DNA of 64,000 nucleotides from Saccostrea echinata (Eukaryota): NCBI RefSeq assembly GCF_033153115.1, contig NW_026889772.1, positions 11,904,001 to 11,968,000 of the forward strand, read 5' to 3'. Shown piece by piece: positions 40,166 to 51,029 of this stretch (position 1 is its first letter; each line of letters starts with the position of its first letter). The notes under the pieces were generated by a model. It saw only the letters and a program-made list of their open reading frames with translations, ran no database searches and was not told where the DNA came from. The position numbers and the translations under genes were made by a program.

Positions 40166-43100
40166 TCATTTAATCATATTTCTTTTCCTCTGGCCATGGT
40201 GGACCACGGTCGTCTCCAGTCTAATTCGACCAAGCCAGTAATGACCACAGCTGATGAAGTGTCTGTCCTTTAGTATCCTGAGCACATAATTGTTGTTATT
40301 GGTATGCTGGGCCGGGTTCAGTTTATGTAATTGCCATCGCTGGCTCCATACAGCTGTTCGGTTGTAAGTCTCTTCTATTGTGACGTTATTTAGTAAGACG
40401 TCCACTCGCCCCCTTCCTGTCGTCTGACAGGCAAACAGTTGAAGGTTTGTCAGAGGTTCTCCGTGAGTGTGAAAATGAAGATGAATGTAACTGTTTGGAT
40501 AAGCAAGGTTTAGGTACGCTCTGGGGTCGTTAGTAGTGTGATTTACTTGAATGAGGTTCATACCGTGTGCCCTGATGCTGTTACATATTGACGGACCCAC
40601 GGCCTTGCTGTAATTACATTTGTTATAGATGGGCCAATAGTCAAACAGCACTAAGTTCTCCGACCAGCTGCCAGCTTGTGTGTGATCTACAAGAAAATAT
40701 GATAGACTGGGATATAATTGGACCAGACCTTTTTTTGGGATGAAAAAAAATGTAATTAAGTAGCCTTCTAGAGATACAGTTTGATCCGCTATTGTGACCC
40801 GACCCTACCTCGGATCATGATTTAAACAAATTTAAATCTACACTACCTGATGTGTTTGCATATCAATATCATTAACTATGGCCTTGCTGTTCTCGAGAAA
40901 AAATATCTCCTCCTAGGAAGGGATATGGCTCTTCATTTGAACAATTATGATTTCAGCTTAAACAAGTTAATTTGCCTTAATGTATTTTAAGTTGTAATTA
41001 ATTGATCCAGTGGTTGTAGAGAAAAAAATGTGCAAAGTTAACAGACAGACAAATTGACGGATGCCGGGTGATCAGAAAAGCTCACTGAAGCTCACAGCTC
41101 GTGAGCTAAATGGGGAAAAATTACTTCAGACATGTGATGATACTTGTCTATATGGTATTATGTACAGTGTACTTCGATAAGCATTGATTCCAAAAAATTA
41201 CACTTTGATTTTGTGGAGACGTTTTTAAAACCATATAACCATTCTAAATAAGCATTTCAAAATATAAAAGCTTATTCTAGATACCTTCACACAGTCCACA
41301 CGACTTTCGACAAAACTGAGCTGTTTCACAATCACTGCAAATTGCTAACAGTGCAGATGGGTCACGACAATCGCTAGCAGAGGCATCATTACAGGGGGTG
41401 GTGGATGGCTCTAGGAAGCGATCAATGTCTGAAACACAAAGAAAATATTATTATTTGCTTATTTAATGTGATAAATTCTTTCTTTTCTCATGGAAAATTT
41501 TAACTGTGAAATTGCAACATATTTTTGAAATTTGCATTCCAAGTCTCAGTGTTTAATAATAGGTAAATACATGTATTCCTCTGATTTTAATTGTCAGAGC
41601 ACTGAGGAGAGCCACAAAGACCTGTCATAAGTGTACCTTAATTTTTACTTTTCATAGATGATCGTCCTATGGATGATAAAAACACAGACATATTCATATG
41701 TTTGCCGATGGTTGTAGTTATTCAAAATTATTTTACAACTGTATTCATAATTGTATTTTTGTTGTACAGAAAGATGAAGAATAGTGTATTGCACAGATAT
41801 GGTTAATCTCAACCTTTTTGATAAATTTTGTTATAATAAAAAGCTCATTCATTCTTCACTTGGAAGTCCTATTGATGTTTTACGGGTTTTCTGTATTTTT
41901 TTCCTTTTTTTGGATGTATTTGTTTGTTTGTATGTTGTTTAACGTCCCTCTCGAGATTTTATTTACTCATATGGAGACACCATCACTTGCCGGTGGAGGG
42001 CTGCAAATTTTAACCTATGATCGGCACTCAGGGCCATTTAGCAGCGAGGGATCTTTTTCGTGCCAACACCTACTGTGACATGGGACCTTGGTTTATATAG
42101 TCTCATCCGAAAGACTGGTCACCACGTCCCGCAGTGGATTCGAACCCGCGACGTAAGGATCAACTCCTTACTCCGCGACTCTAGAGCAGACGTTCTAACC
42201 ACTGCGCAGAGGTAGGATCAGGTGCCTAGGAGAAGTAAGCATCCCCTGTCGACCGATCACATCCGCTGTGAATCCTCTATATTGATCAGGAAAACGGAGA
42301 AATCCGTAGTCAAAATTAGTGTAAAACAATGACCAAACAATTGGTTTGAAACATGAAATAATGTTTTACACTGCCATCGTCCAGGCGAGCGCAGTAGTAT
42401 ACCATAAAAAATCCTTTACATAGCTTACACTTTGATCCGCCTCTTCAAACCGCGTCACATAACGTCGTATTTTTAAGTTGCATTTCCGAAAACTGAGTCT
42501 AAAAAGGCCTTTTCCAATTTTGTAGCGAAAGGCATTGTAGAGTGGATGGAATTATTTTTTGTTATGTTTAAACTCTCTGCAAGAACTAAATCTTAATAAT
42601 CTTAATAATAACTGCGGGACTGTTTATTCGCCATTATCGCTCAATGTGTACACACAGTGCTACCACAGTGTTAGCTTGATGATGCGACCTCCATATCGCA
42701 TGAAATCCGGGTAGCGAAGGATGTCTGAGAATTTGCTTGACGAATGTACAGATTTTAATTCGAATTTTCTCTGTTCTTACACTTAAGTCTTTTAAGCTCG
42801 CTTCGCGAACGGAGCTCGCTAGGAAGATAAAAAACAGTAATCAAGCTCAAAAGTCCATTGAAACAATACAGATCGAGAGCAAAGCAAACATGAACCTCTA
42901 AAACATCAGAAGTGGGATCAATTGCCATGGAGGAGTAAGCTCCTAGTCATGATCGGGCAAACGGAAAAATCTGTAGACAATTCAGTGTGAAAATAATGGC
43001 CTAACAATTTGTATGAAAAACGTCAGACAACATTCGACTGAATGTTATTTTATAGATTGTATATGCTAAAAAGGTCATTGTATCGGCCATAGAATTTGCG

Positions 43101-46100
43101 AAATGTTGACTTTGAACGAGAATGTTGATATCCTTGTATCATCAACTTATTTGTCTTTAGCTTGCCTCATTTTAGAAATTGTTCATAGAACATGCTCTTG
43201 TGTATCGAATTAACTGGGAGATATTAACTCCTTATACAGCTGATAGTGGTATAAGGAAAGCTGACTATAGAAAAGTTGAAGCCATCACGTTTATCGTTTT
43301 GTTGTTAGTTTGCCATTAATGTCTTTCTCTTGTAAAATATCCAAATATGAAACAGATGTGTCAGACTCTGTGATGTCAAAATACATTAAGTCAAAATTAG
43401 TCCCAGTGATAGGTTGTATTTGAAACTAGGTCATTATATCGACGATAGAATTCGCGGTATTGTTGAAATACCTATAACATCAACTCTGTCAGTAGATTGT
43501 CTCAATTTAAAAGATCGTACTCAGAGCATGCTCTTGCGTACCGATTCAGCTAGGAGACATAAACACCATACGCAGGTGATATTGGAACATAAATAGGGGA
43601 AGTTGATTTTATTCCTCAAAGATGGTAATGTGGATTTTCATGAGACTTTTTTAAAAAATGATTGATAACTAAGAGGCTTTCCATACTAAGAAATAAAAAA
43701 TTCATTATTTTAGAAATTTTATCAGTATCTAAACATCTCTGAAACAGAGACTGTCTTTCACGACCATTTGATTGTCTTTAAGTTTTGGCAATCGAACAGA
43801 AACCTCCAAGTTACTGGTTTCTTATATTTATTATTTATCACAAAATTATAGATTGATAAACAATAATTGTTTCTTAGGTTAAAAGTTAATTTTTAAAAAA
43901 TAGAAATATTCGTAACAAAATTAAGTCTGTCGTTTGTAATATTTTAAATACATGTATTGTTTTTTTTTTTTTTTTTTTTTTTTCATTTTAGAACTAATTT
44001 AAAGTACTGAAAAGTATGTGCGAAAATCCTTGGTGCTTTTTTTGTTTTTATTTATTATTATTAGTATTTTCTTATCTATTGATTTCATTTTTTCGTTTAT
44101 TCAACTTAGTTTTGTTTTTTACTTGCCTGCGTTGCAGATCTCCTTTTTACAGTATCTAGTTTTGGTGACGGATGAACTTCTTTTACCAAGAACATTCGGA
44201 GACACTGCGCATTTCTGTGAATGAGAATGAAAGAATATCAAGGGTCATGAAACTTGTTTGTCTTCTTTGTCTTTATTTATTTATTTACGTATTTATTATT
44301 ATTATTATTTTGGTCATGTCGAGAGTTTGATATGGTTTGTACATTGTCTTACATTTTGATTCTAATAATTTGATTTTCTAGCTTCATCAGTCTCCTTTTA
44401 AAGACGACTGAGAAAAGGGGTATCTAAATGTTGTAGATTTTGTTCCAATAATATACGGATAAAAAGATCCCAAACTACATTGCCATCTCAAAATAGATTG
44501 TTAAAGATCTTTGAATGAAGCTAGATCGACATTTGTCCGTCGTTTATCAACCGCATCCACACCAGTCCTGTCACAAGATAAACTTTTTTCAGACCGAATG
44601 TTTATATTTAACGAAGTGTCTTCGCCCCTTTTCAGGGAAGATTGTATAAACATTTACAAAGTTTAACTTATAAAAGTGTCTTTACAAAGAGATGAAATTT
44701 GAAAATACTGGTTTAGTTGCACATAATGCAAGAGTATTTGATTTTATGATAATGTTGTAATCATGAAACTTTCTATTTCTGACAAATTTCTCTTGACTCA
44801 CTTCCAATGTTTTGCACACAGATTCTTAAGACTAAAGCTTAACTCAGAAAAGCAAGAATAATTGGCATAATATTCTTGTAGAGTCATATAATTCCCATAA
44901 AGCTATGGTTACGGGGGCATCAGTGTTTCACAAACACATCTTGTTCTTTGTACATGCATGCAATGGTGAGATTTTTGAGCTTAACCATTATTGAAATATA
45001 CTGGTACATGTAATCAAAGTGGCCTCCAGGTCCGGTCACTGTCACTAATTTAGATGTGTAACTATTATGGATAATAGTAATAATGCCAATGTAATTAACT
45101 GTAATTCATATGGATATGTACACAAGCATACTTTAACATATTTGTTTAATATCAAGTATTCCACTGTTGCTGTTTTCCTAGTAAGCCAATGTATGTCGGT
45201 CAACAGTTCTATAGAGCTTGTGTTATGTTGTTATAAAAATCCGATGTTAAACAAAATTTTCTTATTCTGAAGGTATACTTGTATTTCGGTGTTATTTGGG
45301 TATTTGTCGAAGTATACCTTACAAATATTTATTCATAATCACTAAATTTCAACCAGTTTTGGAAAATTTTTAAAATTTTTGAAAGTGTGACCTTTCAACA
45401 CCAAAGTGTAAACTGTGTACTTTGAAAATACATTTTATGTACATCTCAAAAATGTTATTCAAGAATTGATTGATTGATGCATTGTATGTTGTTAAATGTT
45501 CCATTCGAAAATTTTTCACTCATGTAGAGATGTCAAAGCTATTAAAGAACGCTGAATTCAGATTCATATGTTGTAATCATGCCAATAGTTTGACTGCTTG
45601 ATGTCCATGGAATATAGAGGATTTTTGAAAATTACATTAATTTTTATGGTTTTAGCTCAATCCCTTACGTCCCAGGATGGCAGGGACCATAATATTCACA
45701 ATTTTGTCATTTGCCTTGAATACTCTATATACACAAAAATTCATTAGAACTGGTTTTTAAATAACGGTTTATGAGAAGAAGCTGAAAATGACCGACGCAC
45801 GTATTACGGACGAAATCAGATAGCAGTATGTCAACTGGGTGAATCAGGTGACCAAATAAAGCGTATCATATACTTAGTAATGTATACAGGTTTATGCCTG
45901 ATGTCACAATACATGTAGAGCTCTGTATTAGCTTCTAGGGCTTATCCGGATCCTGCAGGGCTGATATGGATCTGCAGGGCTGATACGGATATTTATTATA
46001 TACCCAACTGTTTGTCACTCAGTTTTACTGTTGAATTTACGCAATCACGAGACGATGTGATCCGACGTTCCGGATCACCACACTGTGGTTTTCTGAATCC

Positions 46101-46901
46101 ATATCACCCCTCTCTGAAACTGATGACGTAGTACACAGATAAATGACGTTTTTATTCTCGCGCATCAAAAAGTTCCTTGACAAAATGGTTTGTTTAATGG
46201 ATAAAAGTTATGTAATTGTTCCAAAAAGTTTTTTTCTTTTATCATATTTTGCTAGTTGTTAAGGGGTATATAATAAATTTATCATTATAACAGTAACTTG
46301 ATCCGAAGAGCCGTATCACGTCTCGTTGACAGAAGATAGTTGATAAAAGAAAAAACTTTTTGGAACAATTACATAACTTTTATCCATTAAACAAACCATT
46401 TTGTCAAGGAACTTTTTGATGCGCGAGAATAAAAACGTCATTTATCTGTGTACTACGTCATCAGTTTCAGAGAGGGGTGATATGGATTCAGAAAACCACA
46501 GTGTGGTGATCCGGAACGTCGGATCACATCGTCTCGTGATTGCGTAAATTCAACAGTAAAACTGAGTGACAAACAGTTGGGTATATAATAATAAAAAATA
46601 ATAGCGAAAATAATACAATTTAATAAGATAACGAGATAAAAAAAAAATTACTGTCAGGTTGCCCATGCAAAACTCCAAAGATTCCAAATAATAGCAAGAT
46701 TTCTACAAAAATATATAAATATGAATCATTATAAGTATTTATTTCTTTTTGCAGATATTTATTTGTACGGTCACACTTTGTACTTTACTAAAGATCTAGA
46801 CCTCAACAAAGACATATGAGGCTTATTTATGAGCACCTTAATGTCGAAAGGGTAGTTAATATATATAACAAAAATTCAAACTCACTTAGAGGCCAAGACA
46901 T
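40166..46901 (-). CDS. Paralogue C: secreted (partial Ly6) + ShKT + beta-sandwich-like protein; exons 3-4 not found
   Basis: Exons 46901-46886 (MSWPL), 46702-46652 (KILLLFGIFGVLHGQPD), 44214-44127 (KCAVSPNVLGKRSSSVTKTRYCKKEICNA, GC donor), 41428-41285 (ShKT CNDASASDCRDPSALLAICSDCETAQFCRKSCGLC), 40686-40166 (C-terminal domain). May be a pseudogene or an exon-skipping form. Confidence 0.75.
40770..41110 (-). mobile_element. HINE-like fragment
   Basis: GATCAGAAAAGCTCACTGAAGCTCACAGCTCGTGAGCTAAA is the reverse-complement counterpart of the HINE 5' end at 19105; adjacent (GACA)n. Confidence 0.6.
41915..42207 (-). mobile_element. tRNA-derived SINE with V-domain-like core
   Basis: Minus strand has an A-box-like GCGCAGTGGTTAGA, B-box GGTTCGAATCC, core CTTTCGGATGAGAC...AAACCAAGGTCCC and an (ACAA)n tail. 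Confidence 0.75.
42208..42355 (-). mobile_element. Naiad 3' UTR fragment abutting the SINE head
   Basis: GGATCAGGTGCCTAGGAGAAGTAAGCATCCCCTGTCGACCGATCACA. Confidence 0.8.
42820..43610 (-). mobile_element. Two tandem degenerate Naiad 3' fragments (42820-43378; 43390-43610)
   Basis: Homologous to the RT thumb region and 3' UTR of the 53870 element. Confidence 0.8.
44270..44890 (-). mobile_element. Possible LINE (L1/Tx1-like) 3' remnant
   Basis: (AAT)n/(AAAT)n tail at 44270-44310 next to degenerate coding-like sequence; family assignment is impressionistic. Confidence 0.3.
45993..46590. repeat. Long near-perfect inverted repeat (~250-bp arms, ~95-bp spacer)
   Basis: 45993-46244 is the reverse complement of ~46341-46590, with about one base difference in a T run. 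Confidence 0.95.
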
Positions 46902-48069
46902 GAGGTTTCTACTGCTATGGAATGATCTGATAAGAAGTACCAATCACATACTATATAGCTTTACAGATTACTTTCGATTTTGGTGACATGCATACAATGT
47001 AGTTCATATTGTTAAATTATTTTTCTGCTGTCTATAAGTCTTAGTTTCTAGAATATATGTATTCAGTAGATATAAAAATCAGAAGATGTGCATGCTTAGG
47101 TGATTCGAATATGTATACTGTGTGTATGCAGCTATTAAAAATTACTCAGATTTATTTTTATTTTCTTCGTAAGTTTTGAATTAATCAATTGATTACATTA
47201 TAGAATACCAAAATAAATCAAATAATTGAAGATATCTTTAAAACTATTTGAAGATATCTATTTATTTGATGTGCACGTGTCTTCAAATATTTAAAGATAT
47301 CTTCAAAAGTGAATTCTTGTGCACGTTTTGATTCATTTTTATTCAGTTTTTGATAGCATTAATTGATGCACACTATAATTGAATCGTTGCTCTTTTCAGA
47401 TGAGTTAAAGAAATTAACTACGTGCACATTTAAATCAGGATCATAGCAGGTTTACTGAAAAAAAAACCACAGCAAAACTGTAAATCACATTTTACCAGCA
47501 TTCGCGGGAACTTTGTTCTCGTGCAATTAAGCAAGACGGTCTGCTCGCTAAAATTTCATTCTCACGTATATTTTTTATTATAAAAGATTACATAAATAAA
47601 AACACTAACCAGAATTCGTGAAAATTTTGTCTCGTTTATAAATACAAAATTACAGGCTAGCTAAAATAAGGTGTCGCAAAAAATTTTTGGATCAACAATA
47701 TTGGTTATATAGAAAATTGTAAAACAGTATGTACACAGCTTTATTATTGCTGATACACATATTTCTTTATAGCCACCTTTAATCTGCATACTCCCCATAA
47801 ATCTTTACTTCGGTATTTGCATTAAAATTCAATGCTAAAACATGAAAGAAAAATGAAATCCCCCAAAATGTCCATATGGATTTTCTGGATATTGATATAT
47901 TTCATGTATCTATGATAGCTTGACGTTGTTGTGTGATCCCATTATAAGAAATTCAGTGCATTCATAGAAGAAATCCAACTACATCTCAAAGACAATAGCG
48001 TGATCATCCAGCAAGTTACACTTACTTGGCGCAATGGTGTTATAAGAAATGATGCTTAACATGTCTATG

Positions 48070-49250
48070 TGAAATATGGATATAAAGAAAATTATTCAAG
48101 CTCAAAGTCCATTGAAACAATACAAATCGGGAGCAGAGCAAACACGGGTCTCCAAAAACATCAGAGGTGGGATCAGGTGCCATGGAGGAGTGAGCATCCC
48201 CTGCCGACCGGTCACACCCGCCGTGTGCTCCCTGCCATTATCGGTAAATAACGGAAAAATCCGTCGACAATTCAGTGTGTAAATAATGGCCTAACAATTA
48301 TTATGAAAAACGTAAGTTAGCATACCCCGGTATGACTTAATGATAGATTGTATTTGCTTACAAGGTCATTGTGTCGACCATAGGACTTACGAAATGATGA
48401 TTTTAAACGAGATTGTTGATATTCTTGTTTCATCAACTTGTTTGTCAATAACTTACCTCGTTTTAGAAATTGTTCATACGTAGAGCATACTCTTGCGTAT
48501 CGAATCATCTGAGAGATATACACCCCATATGCAGGTGATAAGGGTATATTGCTGCATAAGTAAGGGAAATTGACGATTGAAAAGTTAGTTATCACGTTTA
48601 TCATAAAGCTTTGTTGTTAGATTACCACTACCGTATTTTTTAGTAAAATATCCAAATATGAAACAGATCTGTCAGACTCTGTGGTATCTTTTATTTCAAG
48701 CTCACTGGGATATATCGTGTCGACATATGAATGGAAATAACTATTTTTAATTGATAATACGTCGCCGATATATCGAAATATCGAGTTGAAGGCCACAGCA
48801 AGAGATTTTTTTCCTCATGTATAAGATTTTGAATAAATTCTGCTTCATATGAATGCAAAAATAGGTCGGCTTACAACGGGGTGCTATTGGTACCCATGGG
48901 AGTTCCAACAGATTGTGGTAAGTAAATTTACGAGTTCCATTTTTATTTTTAAAAAAAAAAGCAGCTGTCAATAATGTCCAAAAGCCTGGACTTTAATTTA
49001 TCGTAGGGAGTGGTTATATACAGAGTTGAAAAGTCGAAAGTATTTATATTATTGATTTTGATAAAATTTTGTGATTCCAAATTTTTTCAAAAGTTCATTG
49101 GAATTTTTAAGTATTCACATCTGATTTACACCACTTCTCGAAATATTTTGTTGCACAGTACTCCTGAAGTTTCTCATTCACTGCTGTTAATATTTTAGTG
49201 AGGAGTAAAGAAAGAGGCTTGGGAACCCGCTATATATCTTTGTTTGTACC
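48070..49250 (-). mobile_element. Naiad 3' half with internal deletions and frameshifts
   Basis: ORFs 48317-48604 and 48747-48971 match the RT; full 3' UTR present. Confidence 0.92.
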
Positions 49251-49834
49251 GTTTAATAGTTTGACGTGTTGGACAAAGTAACATTTTAAGAAGATTTAAC
49301 TTAAACTATTCTGAATTTATCTCACATCGACAAAATATGAAATTAAAAATGATCGTCTATTTTAACTTCAAAGACCTTAAATTATATGCAAACAGGATGT
49401 TTCTGAGGTTAAAATTGGGAAATAGGGTGTAAATCTTGTTACCTTACTGGTTTACGAATTACAATGGCAATTAAATTCACAACTATCACGAATATAACAA
49501 TAAACGCACAAACGCCAGATATCAAAAAATGTTTTCTTAATTCTCTAATTACATGTTTACTTGCTCCATTGTGTCATGGTTCTTGATTTCATTTTAAAAA
49601 GAAAAAAAAGATGCAAAGGAATGCGGTAGGAAAATTACTTTAACATACATTTCTGAAGAGGAAGTCTACGTTTGTTGGTGGCTGAAACCGTCTTCACTGA
49701 TCAACAAGACGATCATTATTCCTCATTCTTATTTGATAGGTAGGTTACTTCAGTAACTAAAGTCATTAAAAGGTTTCTTATATATTGTTTCAGGTGCTGT
49801 TCTTTCTCATTTTTCTTCTTTTCACAGGTAAAGT

Positions 49835-50788
49835 ATGGAAAAAATAAGACGGCCGAGGAGTCATGATTTTCGCGATCATGCTGTCACTTACATTGTAGGC
49901 ACCGATCAGATTTATGGCATAGATGGTTTTTATTCTATGTACCCCCAGTCAAGTCCAGAAATGATGAAAGATAAAGAAATTCTTGTGAGAAACAACGATA
50001 TCCAAAAAGATGAGGAAAATATGACGTTAAAAGTAGAAGCCTTCAGAGACGAAATCATAAAAAATGTTGATAAAATCAATCAGCTGAAATTTGATATTCT
50101 GTCGAAAGAAAACGGATCATACACTTCCAACAATGGAAGACTGAGGGTAAAAAGTCTTATACAAAACAGTGCACGTCTTGAAGATCTTGAATCTGAAATG
50201 GCCCTCCTAAAGAGGAATGTTGAGAGTGCCCAGGGATTACTTTATGATGTTCACCAAGCCACCGATGAGAAAGTGGAGCAGTGTCTCGGATTACACCGTT
50301 CTCGTTGTGTTTGTACTGAACCTGATACAATATTTATACGAGATATCTGTGACAAAGCTGCCGATATCGAAATAAAGAGACATTGTTATTCTTCAAATGT
50401 TCACATCGAAAGATGCACTGATATGAAGAATCATGTTAAATGGTTAAGAGGAAATAATTTGTTGTCCATTTCCGGTTGCTTTGCGTCTCCAAAAATATAT
50501 ATATCAGGACTGTTTGTCAATCTCGTTGTTTCAATCAAAGGATTAGCTGGCCAGCCTGAAATCCATATCAAGGGTGTCTGTATTTCTCCACAGATCCTGG
50601 TTAACGGCACCAAACTTAAACCAACGGTATTTGTTGATGGCGTTGTCAGTGATCCTTATTTACAAGTTGGGGGACTTGGATCAAGATTGAAGTTAAATGT
50701 AACCGGTATCTGTTGTAGACAGAACGCCGTCGTAGGTGGTATAAAATGTCAAACAAAACTCAGAGTTTTCGGGATGTGTAACATATAA
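49835..50788 (+). CDS. Uncharacterised protein: coiled coil, Cys/His linker and C-terminal 10 x 11-aa beta-solenoid-like repeats
   Basis: 317-aa uninterrupted ORF in AT-rich DNA, with an acceptor (ttttcacag|) just before the ATG and exact 11-residue Gly periodicity in the last 109 aa. Confidence 0.8.
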   Translation: MEKIRRPRSHDFRDHAVTYIVGTDQIYGIDGFYSMYPQSSPEMMKDKEILVRNNDIQKDEENMTLKVEAFRDEIIKNVDKINQLKFDILSKENGSYTSNNGRLRVKSLIQNSARLEDLESEMALLKRNVESAQGLLYDVHQATDEKVEQCLGLHRSRCVCTEPDTIFIRDICDKAADIEIKRHCYSSNVHIERCTDMKNHVKWLRGNNLLSISGCFASPKIYISGLFVNLVVSIKGLAGQPEIHIKGVCISPQILVNGTKLKPTVFVDGVVSDPYLQVGGLGSRLKLNVTGICCRQNAVVGGIKCQTKLRVFGMCNI

Positions 50789-51029
50789 TGAAGAGTTAAC
50801 TGTGTCTGAAAAATATCCCAATACAATTATTATAAAGGACTTTTTAAGAGAGTCATTAATGTTTTCTCTCTCTCTCTCAAAAACGTCTGATATATAAATA
50901 TTCACACTCAGCTTATTCATGTATATCAAACAGATAAAAACAAACAAAATAAATATTTGACCTTTCTTTGATGAGTATAAGCCTATAAAGTTGTTTATAA
51001 ATGTGATATGGTCCATTACTCCGGTGTTT

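Noticed and set aside
42120-42207. tRNA gene
   Set aside because: A and B boxes are present, but there is no proper acceptor stem and it continues into a SINE body and tail.
48069-48282. Small recurrent ORFs (also 397-600, 56146-56376, 56181-56363) as a conserved peptide family
   Set aside because: They are translations of the Naiad 3' UTR in differing frames.
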